From assembly GCA_964530335.1 (NCBI GenBank), contig CAZGYG010000006.1, positions 2,451 to 66,450 on the forward strand: a DNA stretch of 64,000 nucleotides, given 5' to 3'. The number at the start of each line of letters is the position of its first letter. Within the stretch, counting starts at the first letter, position 1. Shown here piece after piece: positions 8,141 through 17,272 of this stretch. This DNA comes from an uncultured Rhodospirillaceae bacterium (GTDB lineage Bacteria; Pseudomonadota; Alphaproteobacteria; SP197). A program made the position numbers and the translations under genes. The notes under the pieces were generated by a model. It had not been told where the DNA came from. It searched no databases and saw only the letters and a list, made by a program, of their open reading frames with translations.

Positions 8141-10153
8141 TCGCCGCGCGAGGGTTCGCTCGGCCACACCATGCTGCGCGTGATCCGGCACGGCGGCTAT
8201 CGCGGCACGATTCACCCGGTCAATCCGAACTACGACCGCATCGAGGACCTGCCCTGCCACCCCTCGCTCGCGGCGATCGGCGAACCGGTCGACCTGGCCG
8301 TGCTGGCCGTCGCGAACAGCCGCATCGAGGCCGCGCTCGAGGAGGCGATCGCCGCCGGGGCCCGCGCCGCCACGATCTTCGCCAGCGGTTATTTGGAGAA
8401 CGACGGCGATCCGCCGCTATTGTCCCGGCTGCGCGAGCTCGCCCGGGCGGCAGGCCTGCCGGTGTGCGGCGGCAACGCCATGGGCTTCTACAACCTGGAC
8501 GCCCGGACGCGGGTGTGCGGGTATTTGAACACGGTCGGCCCCGAGCAGGGCGGCATCGCGTTCATCACCCATTCGGGCTCGGTGTTCAGCGCGTTAGCCC
8601 ACAGCGATCCGCGGCTTGCCTACAACCTGGTCGTGTCGTCGGGCCAGGAGATCGCCACCACCGTTGCGGGCTACGTCGATTACGCGCTCGACCAGGAGAC
8701 CACCCGGGTCATCGGGCTTTTCCTCGAGACGGTGCGCGACGCGCCCGGGTTCCTCGCCGCCGCCGCCAGGGCGCTTGAGCGCCAGGTTCCCATCGTAGTG
8801 CTCAAGGTGGGGGTGGCGGCGGAATCCGCGCGCCTCGCGGTCAGCCATTCCGGAGCCATCGCCGGCGACGACGCCGCCTACGAGGCGGCGTTTGACCGCT
8901 ACGGCATCGTCCGAGTCGCCAGCCTGGACGAGCTGGCCGCGACGCTTCTGCTGCTCGGCCAGCCGCGCCGCGCCCGCGCCGGCGGGCTCGCCGCCATGCT
9001 CGATTCGGGCGGCGAGCGCGGCATGTTGATCGACCTGGCCCAGCGCCACGCCGTACCCTTCGCGGCGATCGCGCCCGCGACCCGCGCCCGGCTCGCCGCC
9101 CGGCTCGATTATGGGCTCGAGCCGGTCAACCCGCTCGACGCCTGGGGCACCGGCAACGACTTCGAAGGGGTATTGCGCGACTGCTTCCTGGCGCTGGCCG
9201 AGGACAAGGACACCGCCGCCGCGGTCATCTTCGCCGACATCCGCGATGCGGGATTCCTGTGCGGTCCCTACGAGCGGGTGCTGCGCCACGTCCACGCCAC
9301 GGTCGGCAAGCCGATCGCGCTGGCGCCCAACTTCTCGGGCGTCGCCCACGGCGAGGTGGCGCTGCGGCTTACCCGCGCCGGCATCCCCGTGCTCGACGGC
9401 ACCGAGAACGCGCTGGCCGCGATCGGGCATCTGTTCCGCCTGCGCGATGCCTGGGCGCGCCCCGAGCCGACGCCGCCGCAAGCCGACGCCGCCGCCGTCG
9501 CGCGCTGGAACGCGCGGCTCGGCAACGGCACGCTCGACGAGGCGGAGGCCCTGACCCTGCTCGCCGAGTTCGGGGTGCCGGCGTCGCCGACCGAGGTGAT
9601 CGACAGCCCCGAGGCCGCGCTCGCCGCCGCCGAACGCTTCGGCTTCCCGGTCGCGCTTAAGACCGCGCAACCGGGGATCGCGCACAAGTCGGACGTCGAT
9701 GGCGTGCGGCTGGGATTGGCCGACGGCGAGGCGCTGATCGCCGCCTACGTCGAATTGGCCGCGCGGCTGGGCCGGCGCATGGTCGTGGCGCCCATGGCCG
9801 GGCCGGGCGTCGAGCTCGCGTTTGGATTGGTGACCGACGCGCAGTTCGGCACGCTGGTCATGGTCGGCGCCGGGGGTACGCTGATCGAGGTGCTGCGTGA
9901 TCGCGTGGTCGCCTTGCCGCCGTTCGACCGCGCGACCGCACGGCGGCTGATCGACCGGCTCGCGCTTCGCCACTTGCTGGGGGGTGTGCGCGGCCGGCCG
10001 CCGGCCGATGTCGAGGCGCTGGCCGAGGCGTTCGCGCGGTTCTCGGTGCTGGCGGCCACTCTCGGCCCCCGCGTGGCCGAGATCGACGTCAACCCGGTGA
10101 TCTGCGGGCCACGAGGGCCCCTCGCCGTCGACGCCCTGGTGGTCGCCCGCTAA
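8084..10153 (+). CDS. Acyl-CoA synthetase, NDP/ADP-forming (acetate--CoA ligase [ADP-forming] family; CoA-binding, SCS-like and ATP-grasp domains)
   Basis: 689 aa with an N-terminal CoA-binding domain (IAFVGASPREGSLGHTML), a central ligase-CoA domain and a C-terminal ATP-grasp domain (GFPVALKTAQPGIAHKSDVDGVRLGL). Confidence 0.8.
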   Translation: MPHPLTPLLAPGSIAFVGASPREGSLGHTMLRVIRHGGYRGTIHPVNPNYDRIEDLPCHPSLAAIGEPVDLAVLAVANSRIEAALEEAIAAGARAATIFASGYLENDGDPPLLSRLRELARAAGLPVCGGNAMGFYNLDARTRVCGYLNTVGPEQGGIAFITHSGSVFSALAHSDPRLAYNLVVSSGQEIATTVAGYVDYALDQETTRVIGLFLETVRDAPGFLAAAARALERQVPIVVLKVGVAAESARLAVSHSGAIAGDDAAYEAAFDRYGIVRVASLDELAATLLLLGQPRRARAGGLAAMLDSGGERGMLIDLAQRHAVPFAAIAPATRARLAARLDYGLEPVNPLDAWGTGNDFEGVLRDCFLALAEDKDTAAAVIFADIRDAGFLCGPYERVLRHVHATVGKPIALAPNFSGVAHGEVALRLTRAGIPVLDGTENALAAIGHLFRLRDAWARPEPTPPQADAAAVARWNARLGNGTLDEAEALTLLAEFGVPASPTEVIDSPEAALAAAERFGFPVALKTAQPGIAHKSDVDGVRLGLADGEALIAAYVELAARLGRRMVVAPMAGPGVELAFGLVTDAQFGTLVMVGAGGTLIEVLRDRVVALPPFDRATARRLIDRLALRHLLGGVRGRPPADVEALAEAFARFSVLAATLGPRVAEIDVNPVICGPRGPLAVDALVVAR

Positions 10154-10226
10154 CCACCCGGACGCACGGTGACAGTGCCCCGGGCGGCGGCTACCATCGC
10201 GGCGAAGTACTGCCAGGGTCCGCGCC

Positions 10227-11153
10227 ATGTCCGTTCCCGGCCTGATCGCCAACCCGGTGCCGTGGCCCAACGGCGCCCGGGTCGCCGCGTGCTTCAGCTT
10301 CGACATGGACGGCGAGAGCCTGATGCACATCGCCCACCCGACCGACGCGAACAAGCGCGTCAGCGGGCTTTCCGAGCTGCGCTACGGGCCCACCGTCGGC
10401 GTGCCGCGGCTGCTGAATATCTTCGCGCATTTCGGCATCAAACAGACGTTCTTCGTGCCCGGCTGGTGCGCCGAACGCTACCCGGCGGCGGTCGAGGCGA
10501 TCCTCGATGCCGGCCACGAGATCGGCCACCACGGCTATCTGCACGAGGACCCCAACACGCTCGGCCGGGCGGACGAGCGCTACTGGACCGAGCGCGGGCT
10601 CGCCGCGCTGGTCAAGGCCACGGGGAAGAAGCCGGTCGGCTATCGCGCGCCGTCGTTCGCTTTCTCCGACGCCACCCTCGACATCCTGCTCGACCTCGGT
10701 TTCGCCTACGACGCCTCGCTCATGGGCGACGACGTGCCCTACCTGGTCGGCAACGGCAAAGCCGACCTGGTCGAACTGCCCTCGCCCATGGCCATGGACG
10801 ACTGGCCCCACTACATGCACTCGTTCGATTTCGCCGGCACGGCCAACCAAATCTCCGCGCCCGAGCGCGCGTTCGCCGTGTTCCGTTCCGAGTTCGAGGC
10901 CCAGTGGGAGCACGGCGGGCTGTGGATCGCCGTGTGGCACCCGTTCATCTCGGGCCGCCTGCCGCGCGCCATCGCCATGGCGGCGATGATCGAGGACATG
11001 ATGAAGAAGGGCGGCGTGTGGTTCGCCACGCTGGCCGAGATCGCGGCCCACGTGCGCAAGGTCACGGCGTCGGGCGCATGGAAACCCCGGGTCGAGCGGC
11101 TGCCGTTCTACGATGCCAGCCCAATCCCCGAGCTTAGGCGCGCGGCGGAGTAG
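10227..11153 (+). CDS. Polysaccharide deacetylase family protein (NodB homology domain; PuuE-like)
   Basis: 308 aa with NodB motifs (CFSFDMDGESL; GHEIGHHGYLHE; RAPSFAF). Confidence 0.8.
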   Translation: MSVPGLIANPVPWPNGARVAACFSFDMDGESLMHIAHPTDANKRVSGLSELRYGPTVGVPRLLNIFAHFGIKQTFFVPGWCAERYPAAVEAILDAGHEIGHHGYLHEDPNTLGRADERYWTERGLAALVKATGKKPVGYRAPSFAFSDATLDILLDLGFAYDASLMGDDVPYLVGNGKADLVELPSPMAMDDWPHYMHSFDFAGTANQISAPERAFAVFRSEFEAQWEHGGLWIAVWHPFISGRLPRAIAMAAMIEDMMKKGGVWFATLAEIAAHVRKVTASGAWKPRVERLPFYDASPIPELRRAAE

Positions 11154-11157
11154 GCGC

Positions 11158-12066
11158 TTGATCCAGAACCCGATCCCGTGGCCAGACGGCGCGCGCTGCG
11201 CGGTCTGCTTCAGCTTCGACGTCGACGCCGAGAGCCTGATCCACCTGGGCTACGGCGCCGACGCGGACAACAAGGTGGCGAGCCTTTCCGAGCTCGAATA
11301 CGACGCCGAGATCGCGGTGCCTCGCATCCTGGCGCTGTTCCAGCGCTATGGCCTGAAGCAGACGTTCTTCGTCCCGGCGTGGTGCCTGGAGCGGCACCCG
11401 GCGATGACCGAGCTGATCCTGGAGCACGGCCACGAGATCGCGCACCACGGCTATTTGCACGAGAACCCGAACAAGCTGACGCGCGAGCAGGAGCACTACT
11501 GGCTCAGCCGCTCGATCGCGACGATCGAGCGCATGACCGGACGGCGCCCGCGGGGTTACCGGGCACCGTCGTACGCCTTCTCGCGCCACACCGCCGAGTT
11601 GCTGGTCGAGGAAGGCTTCGCCTACGACGCCTCGCTGATGGGCGACGACATCCCCTATGTGCTCGACTACGCCGGAAAGCGCATCGTCGAGCTGCCGTCG
11701 AGCCGTGCGCTCGACGACTGGACGTATTTCATGCTGAGCCGGGACTTCAACTGGATGCTGCCGATCCATGCGCCGGAGCGGGGCTACGAAGTCTACCGCG
11801 CCGAGTTCGAGGCGGCGTGGCGTTACGGCGGTCTGTGGATCGCGGTGTGGCACCCGTTCGTCAGCGCGCGCCTCGGGCGCATCGACGCCATGGACCACCT
11901 GATCCGCGACATGCATGACCGGGGCGGCGTCTGGTTCGCGCCCATGGAGCGCATCGCGGCGCACGCGCGCGCGGTGATGGAAAGCGGCGCCTGGACGCCG
12001 CGCGTCAGGCCCCTGCCCTACCCGCGCGGGCCGATCCCCGAGTTGTCGGGCGAGGCCGCGGACTGA
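11158..12066 (+). CDS. Polysaccharide deacetylase family protein, tandem paralogue of the preceding gene
   Basis: About 55% identical to the upstream paralogue (CFSFDVDAESL; GHEIAHHGYLHE). TTG start at 11158 is preceded by ggagtagg; the alternative ATG at 11113 would overlap the upstream gene by 41 nt. Confidence 0.75.
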   Translation: MIQNPIPWPDGARCAVCFSFDVDAESLIHLGYGADADNKVASLSELEYDAEIAVPRILALFQRYGLKQTFFVPAWCLERHPAMTELILEHGHEIAHHGYLHENPNKLTREQEHYWLSRSIATIERMTGRRPRGYRAPSYAFSRHTAELLVEEGFAYDASLMGDDIPYVLDYAGKRIVELPSSRALDDWTYFMLSRDFNWMLPIHAPERGYEVYRAEFEAAWRYGGLWIAVWHPFVSARLGRIDAMDHLIRDMHDRGGVWFAPMERIAAHARAVMESGAWTPRVRPLPYPRGPIPELSGEAAD

Positions 12067-13208
12067 TGGAGCCGATCGCCACCATCCCCAACCCGGACCT
12101 CGCGGTCGGCACCGACAACAAGGCCCGCTGGAACCTGCCGGACCACCGGCGGCACGGCTTCCACAACCTGCACACCCTCGCCCGCTACGGCATGAGCTTC
12201 CGCGCCGCGCGGGTGATGACGCTTTCCAAGCGCATGGACATGCGCATCCCCGAGCTGCCCGAGGTGCGGCGGCTGACCTCGCTGCCCTGGTTCTCGGCCA
12301 TGGTGGTGATCCGGGGCCAGCACATCCTCTACGAGCGCTACGCGCCCGACTTCGGCCCCGACCGGCCGCACAACATCCAGTCGATCAACAAGACCGTGCT
12401 GAACCTGGCGGTCGGCCGCCTAGTCGAGGACGGCAAGATCGACGTCGGCCGCAAGGTGAAGGAGTACCTGCCCGAGATCGGTTCGGGCTACGCCGAGGCG
12501 ACCGTCCAGCAGGTCCTCGACATGGACGTGGCCAACGACTACACCGAGGACTTCACCGATCCGAACTCGACGTACTGGACCCACGAGGAGGCCATGGGCT
12601 GGCGCTTGCCGCGCGACCCGGCCCGCGAGGAGACCCAGAAATCCTTCGTCGTCCGCATCCGGAGCGACGACGTGACGAACCGGCTCGACCACATCCAGTA
12701 CAAGGACGCGAACAGCGTGGTGCTGGGGTGGATCGTCGAGCGGGTCGGCGGCCGGCCCTGGCGGGCGATTTTCGCCGACATCGCCGACGCGGCCGGGATC
12801 GAGGGCGTGCTCCACACCACCACCGACCGCGAGGGCTTCCCCACTCTGGAGGGCGGGGTCTGCATCACCGCCCGCGACCTCGCCCGCTACGCCGCGATCT
12901 TCGTCCGCCGGGGCCAGGGTGTCGATGGCCGCGCCGTCGGCAGCGCCCTGTTCATCGAGCGGAGCCTGGCCGCCGGCGTGCGGCTGGCCCCGCCGCGCGA
13001 GCACCTGCGCTACAGCAACCAGCTCAACACCGACGGCCGCTGGATCGGCCACGGCGGCTACGGCGGCCAGTACATGCTGGCGGACCTGACCAGCGGCGTG
13101 ATCGGCGTGTTCTTGAGCGTGGTCGAGGACAAGGACGGCTACCCCCTGCCCTACTACCCCCCGCTCATCGCCATGCTGGCCGAGATCGCACGGCTGGACG
13201 ACGCATGA
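12066..13208 (+). CDS. Beta-lactamase-fold serine hydrolase (class C beta-lactamase-related / 6-aminohexanoate-dimer-hydrolase-like)
   Basis: 380 aa with an S-x-x-K active-site motif (IQSINKTV). Start overlaps the upstream stop (TGATG). Confidence 0.75.
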   Translation: MEPIATIPNPDLAVGTDNKARWNLPDHRRHGFHNLHTLARYGMSFRAARVMTLSKRMDMRIPELPEVRRLTSLPWFSAMVVIRGQHILYERYAPDFGPDRPHNIQSINKTVLNLAVGRLVEDGKIDVGRKVKEYLPEIGSGYAEATVQQVLDMDVANDYTEDFTDPNSTYWTHEEAMGWRLPRDPAREETQKSFVVRIRSDDVTNRLDHIQYKDANSVVLGWIVERVGGRPWRAIFADIADAAGIEGVLHTTTDREGFPTLEGGVCITARDLARYAAIFVRRGQGVDGRAVGSALFIERSLAAGVRLAPPREHLRYSNQLNTDGRWIGHGGYGGQYMLADLTSGVIGVFLSVVEDKDGYPLPYYPPLIAMLAEIARLDDA

Positions 13209-13321
13209 ACGCCGCGGCTCCCTGGGACGCGTCCGATCCGCTCGCAAGCAAGCCTGTGCCGCGCCAGGGCGCCGATCCTTACTTGCGCGACGGGGCGCAT
13301 CTGACGCACACCTCGCCTTAG
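13205..13321 (+). repeat. Diverged duplicate of the 5' end of the HpaB-family gene (a pseudo-start, 38 codons)
   Basis: Encodes MNAAAPWDASDPLASKPVPRQGADPYLRDGAHLTHTSP* (compare MPNELPWKTPDPLVGKPVPRAGADPYLRDGAQY at 13780). About 80% nucleotide identity over about 70 bp. Its ATG overlaps the hydrolase stop (ATGA). Confidence 0.85.
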
Positions 13322-13626
13322 GCGGCCGCCCCCGCGGCCCTTGGCAAGCCCCTGATCTCCTTGCCCACGGCGCGCTCGGCCATCACCAGGTCGAGCTGGG
13401 CTTGCAGGTTCATCCAGAACTGGGGGTTGGTCCCGAACCAATGCCCGAGGCGCAAGGCCGTGTCCGCGGTTATGCCGCGCTTGCCCTGAATCAGTTGCGT
13501 CACTCGGTTGGGCGGTACTCGGAGCCGGCGGGCGAGCTCGGTCGGCGTGATGCCAAGCTCGCCCAACTCGTCCTTGAGCACCACGCCTGGGTGAATTCCT
13601 ACCCTCAACACGGTCTTTCCCTTCAT
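13318..13626 (-). CDS. higA: HigA-family antitoxin (XRE-type HTH; addiction-module antidote protein)
   Basis: MKGKTVLRVGIHPGVVLKDELGELGITPTELARRLRVPPNRVTQLIQGKRGITADTALRLGHWFGTNPQFWMNLQ is the canonical HigA motif set. Start chosen at the internal Met (13626) of the 13318..13686 ORF. Confidence 0.8.
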   Translation of the reverse strand: MKGKTVLRVGIHPGVVLKDELGELGITPTELARRLRVPPNRVTQLIQGKRGITADTALRLGHWFGTNPQFWMNLQAQLDLVMAERAVGKEIRGLPRAAGAAA

Positions 13627-13826
13627 CGGTGATAGTCCACGATCTCGACGTTGACCGGGCCTACGGCGTCGGATCGACATTGCCACTCATCTCCGCAGTT
13701 ATTCCGCTCGCCATACAGATACGATCCGATGCTGCGAGTCTTAAGGCTCGACTCCCGTAACCCACTCCGGACTCTTCCCATGCCCAACGAACTTCCGTGG
13801 AAGACCCCCGACCCTCTGGTCGGCAA
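13623..13826 (-). pseudogene. Degenerate higB (RelE/ParE-fold toxin, PF05015-like) remnant; only the C-terminal about 30 residues are recognisable
   Basis: C-terminus ...LYGERNNCGDEWQCRSDAVGPVNVEIVDYHR* matches the HigB C-terminal consensus (...LKGDR...W.I.F...DVEIVDYH). The N-terminal two thirds are unrecognisable and overlap the hpaB start. Overlaps the higA start (ATGA). Confidence 0.45.
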
Positions 13827-15276
13827 GCCGGTGCCGCGCGCGGGCGCCGACCCTTACTTGCGCGACGGCGCGCAGTACCGGGAATCGCTCCGCGACGGGC
13901 GCACGGTGATCGTGGCCGGGCGCGACGTGGCGGACGTGACGGCGGAACCGGGGCTCAAGCGCGGCATCGATACCCTGGCCGGGCTGTTCGACGCGCAGTT
14001 CGATCCGGTGCACCGCGACGTGACCACGGCGATCGACCCCGAGAGCGGCGAGCGCATCGCCACCGGCTGGCTGGTGCCGCGCACCGTCGACGATCTCAAG
14101 CGCCGCAGCCGGATGATCAAGTTCTCGACCCAGCGCACCTTCGGGGTGTTCGGCCGCCCGCCCGATTACGGCACGGTCAACCCGATCGGCTTCCTGGCCT
14201 TCGCCCACCTGATCGCGAAGGAGGACAGCGAGGCGCGCGCCAAGATCGAACGCTGCGTGCGCGTCGGCCAGCGCCACAACCTGGTCTCGACCGACATCAT
14301 CGTCGACGTCCAGGCCAACCGGAAGCTCACGGGCGCCGAGCTGCCGGGCCGGCTGCGCGTCATCGAGCGGCGCAAGGACGGCGTCGTGCTGTACGGCGCC
14401 AAGGCCGGCAACTCGGTGCTGGCCCAGGGCAACATGGGTTCGCTCGCCACCATCCTGAACCCGACGCTGCCAGACGACTGCGCGATCCTGGCCGCGCTGC
14501 CGGCCAACGCGCCGGGACTCAAGCTCTTGCTGCGCGAGGCCGTGACCCGGGGCGACGAGGATCCCGACGACCATCCGCTCGACGCCCAGGGCGAGGAGGC
14601 CGACGGAATCCTGATCTTCGACCGGGTGTTCGTGCCCGACGAGTACGTGTTCAGCGTCGGCAACCGCAAGGTGCTCGAGTATTACCACCTGATCGGCCAG
14701 CTCGCGTTCTGGAACATCGCGTCGCGCCTCGGCTACCGGGCCGAGATCTTCGCCGGCGCGGTCCAGCTCATCGTCAACGTGCTGGGCACCGACCACGTCC
14801 CCGCCGTGCGCGCCGCCGTGACCGAGGTGATCGGCTACGCCAGCGCGCTGCGCGCCTTCATGGTCGCCGCCGAGGAGAAGGCGAGCCCGACCGAGACCGG
14901 GGTGATGCTGCCGGACCACGCGCTGGTCACCGCCGGGCGGCTGCACTCGATCGTCGAGTACCCGCGCGTCATGCAGGTGCTGCGCGAGCTGTCGGGCCAG
15001 GGGTTGGTCAGCCGCGTGCCGCGCAAGACCTGGGAGCGCGCCGACCTCGGCCCCATGCTCGATGAGTTCCTTCCCGGGTTCGAGACCAGCGCGCGCGACA
15101 AGAACCGGCTGTTCAACCTGATCTGGGACCTGACGTGCAGCGCCCACGCCATGCGCGTCGCCATCTTCGAGAACGTCAACGCGACCCCGGCCTCGACGCT
15201 GCGCGAGGAGCTCTACAAGGTCTACGACCGCTCGGAGGGCATCGCCGTGGTCAAGCGCCTGGCCGGCATGGCTTGA
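13780..15276 (+). CDS. HpaB-family flavin-dependent monooxygenase (4-hydroxyphenylacetate 3-monooxygenase oxygenase-component family)
   Basis: About 498 aa from the ATG at 13780 (MPNELPWKTPDPLVGKPVPRAGADPYLRDG...), with HpaB N- and C-terminal domains. Confidence 0.75.
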   Translation: MPNELPWKTPDPLVGKPVPRAGADPYLRDGAQYRESLRDGRTVIVAGRDVADVTAEPGLKRGIDTLAGLFDAQFDPVHRDVTTAIDPESGERIATGWLVPRTVDDLKRRSRMIKFSTQRTFGVFGRPPDYGTVNPIGFLAFAHLIAKEDSEARAKIERCVRVGQRHNLVSTDIIVDVQANRKLTGAELPGRLRVIERRKDGVVLYGAKAGNSVLAQGNMGSLATILNPTLPDDCAILAALPANAPGLKLLLREAVTRGDEDPDDHPLDAQGEEADGILIFDRVFVPDEYVFSVGNRKVLEYYHLIGQLAFWNIASRLGYRAEIFAGAVQLIVNVLGTDHVPAVRAAVTEVIGYASALRAFMVAAEEKASPTETGVMLPDHALVTAGRLHSIVEYPRVMQVLRELSGQGLVSRVPRKTWERADLGPMLDEFLPGFETSARDKNRLFNLIWDLTCSAHAMRVAIFENVNATPASTLREELYKVYDRSEGIAVVKRLAGMA

Positions 15277-15334
15277 TCCCCCTCGTTCCGGAGCCATAGT
15301 ATCCCGCCGGCGTGCCGATTCGCGAGGGGAAGTC

Positions 15335-17116
15335 ATGGAATCAGGAGGGGAGCGCCGGGTCGAGCGCCGCCTTGCCGCGATCCTGGCCGCCGACGTGGCC
15401 GGCTACAGCCGGCTCATGGGCGTCGACGAGGAGGGCACGCTCGCGCAATTGAAGGGCCATCGGCGCGCCCTCGTCGACCCCAAGATCACGGAACACCGCG
15501 GGCGGATCGTCAAAACCACCGGCGACGGCATGCTGGTGGAGTTCGCCAGCGTGGTCGACGCCGTGCGTTGCGCCGCCGAAATTCAACGCGGCATGGTCGA
15601 GCGCAACGTCGACGTGCCGCCCGATCGGCGCATCGAGTTCCGCGTCGGCATCAACGTCGGCGACATCATCATCGACGGCGACGACATCTTCGGCGACGGC
15701 GTCAACATCGCGGCGCGCCTGGAAACCCTCGCCGCGCCCGGCGAAGTCTGGGTCGGCCGCACGGTTCGGGAGCAGGTGCGCGACAAGCTCGCGTTCGATT
15801 TCGAGGACATGGGCGAGCGCGAGGTCAAGAACATCGCCCGGCCGATCAAGGCCTATCGCATCGTGGCCAAGGAGCCCGTCACCGGCCCGGCCGCGGGTGT
15901 GGCGGACGCACCGTCGCTGCCGGTCAAATCCTCGATCGCCGTCCTGCCCTTCACCAACATGTCGGGCGATCCCGAGCAGGAATACTTCGCCGACGGCATG
16001 GTCGAGGACATCATCACCGCCCTGTCCCGGTTCAACCAGTTGTTCGTGATCGCCCGCAACTCGAGCTTTACCTACAAGGGCCGGGCGGTCGACGTGCGCC
16101 AGGTGGCCAAGGAGCTGGGCGTGCGCTTCGTGCTGGAAGGCAGCGTGCGCAAGGCGGGCAACCGCGTGCGCATCACCGGGCAGTTGATCGATGCCGCGAC
16201 CGGCGCCCATCTCTGGGCGGACCGGTTCGACGGTGGCCTGGAGGACGTCTTCGACCTCCAGGACAAGATCACCGCAAGCGTCGTCGGGGCGATCGAACCG
16301 ACCCTGCGCAAGGTGGAGATCGAACGCGCACGGCGCCGGCCCATCGAGAACCTCGATGCCTACGATCTCTATCTTCGCGCCTTGCCGCACGTCTACGCGT
16401 TTCGCCCAGACGACAATCGCCAGGGCTTCGAGCTGCTCCTGAAGGCGATCGACCTCGATCCCACCTATGCGCCGGCGCTGGCCTATGCCGCCTGGTGCCT
16501 CGAACAGCGCATCGTGCGGGGCTGGCCGCCGATCGGAGAGGACGACACAGGCACGGCGATCGCCCTCGCACGACGGGCGGTCGCCGCCGGTAGTGGCGAT
16601 GCGATGGCCTTGGTCGCCGCCGGGTTTGTCCTGGTGATGGTGGCGCGGGACTATGACACCGGCCTCGACGCCGTGCGCCGCGCGCTCGCGCTCAACCCCG
16701 GCTCCGGGTTCGTCACGTTCGTCTCGAGCGGCGCGCTGCTGTTCAGTGGCAATGCGGACGAGGCGTTGGTCCATATCGAACGGGCCATGGCCCTCAGCCC
16801 CTTGGATCCCGGCTTTTTCATGTACCTGGCCATCGCCGGTCTTGCCCACCTCGCGAACGGCCGCCCCGAGCAGGCCTTGCAACTGGGCAAGAAGTCGGCG
16901 GCCCTTTACCCCGACTGGGACACCGCCTACTGGCTCCTGGTCCCCGCGCATGTCCAACTCGGCAATCTGGGGGAGGCGCAGGCCGCGCTTGCCAGGCTCG
17001 TGGCCCTGACACCCGGAATGACGGTGTCCGGTACCCGCCGGCGTTTTCCGATCAGGAACCAGGAATTCTTGAACATGGTGCTCGACGGTCTCCGCGCGGC
17101 TGGCCTGCCGGAATGA
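15335..17116 (+). CDS. Class III adenylate/guanylate cyclase with a C-terminal TolB-like/TPR regulatory region
   Basis: N-terminal CHD cyclase domain (LAAILAADVAGYSRLMG...IVKTTGDGMLVEF...GINVGDII...GDGVNIAARLE) followed by about 400 aa of TPR-like helical repeats. Confidence 0.85.
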   Translation: MESGGERRVERRLAAILAADVAGYSRLMGVDEEGTLAQLKGHRRALVDPKITEHRGRIVKTTGDGMLVEFASVVDAVRCAAEIQRGMVERNVDVPPDRRIEFRVGINVGDIIIDGDDIFGDGVNIAARLETLAAPGEVWVGRTVREQVRDKLAFDFEDMGEREVKNIARPIKAYRIVAKEPVTGPAAGVADAPSLPVKSSIAVLPFTNMSGDPEQEYFADGMVEDIITALSRFNQLFVIARNSSFTYKGRAVDVRQVAKELGVRFVLEGSVRKAGNRVRITGQLIDAATGAHLWADRFDGGLEDVFDLQDKITASVVGAIEPTLRKVEIERARRRPIENLDAYDLYLRALPHVYAFRPDDNRQGFELLLKAIDLDPTYAPALAYAAWCLEQRIVRGWPPIGEDDTGTAIALARRAVAAGSGDAMALVAAGFVLVMVARDYDTGLDAVRRALALNPGSGFVTFVSSGALLFSGNADEALVHIERAMALSPLDPGFFMYLAIAGLAHLANGRPEQALQLGKKSAALYPDWDTAYWLLVPAHVQLGNLGEAQAALARLVALTPGMTVSGTRRRFPIRNQEFLNMVLDGLRAAGLPE

Positions 17117-17151
17117 TGGGTCCAATGTAGGGTTCTCGATGACGACGACGG

Positions 17152-17265
17152 GTCGCCATCTTCGAGAACGTCAACGCGGCCTCGACGCTGCGCGAGGAGC
17201 TCTACAAGGTCTACGACCGGTCGGAGGGCATCGCCGTGGTCAAGCGCCTGGCAGGCATGGCGTGA
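17152..17265 (+). repeat. Near-identical duplicate of the last about 115 bp of the HpaB-family gene (a pseudo-3' end)
   Basis: gtcgccatcttcgagaacgtcaacgcg...ggcatcgccgtggtcaagcgcctgg...atggc.tga matches 15157-15276 at about 97% identity, apart from a 6-bp in-frame deletion. It is in frame: VAIFENVNAASTLREELYKVYDRSEGIAVVKRLAGMA*. Confidence 0.9.
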
Positions 17266-17272
17266 ACACCCG

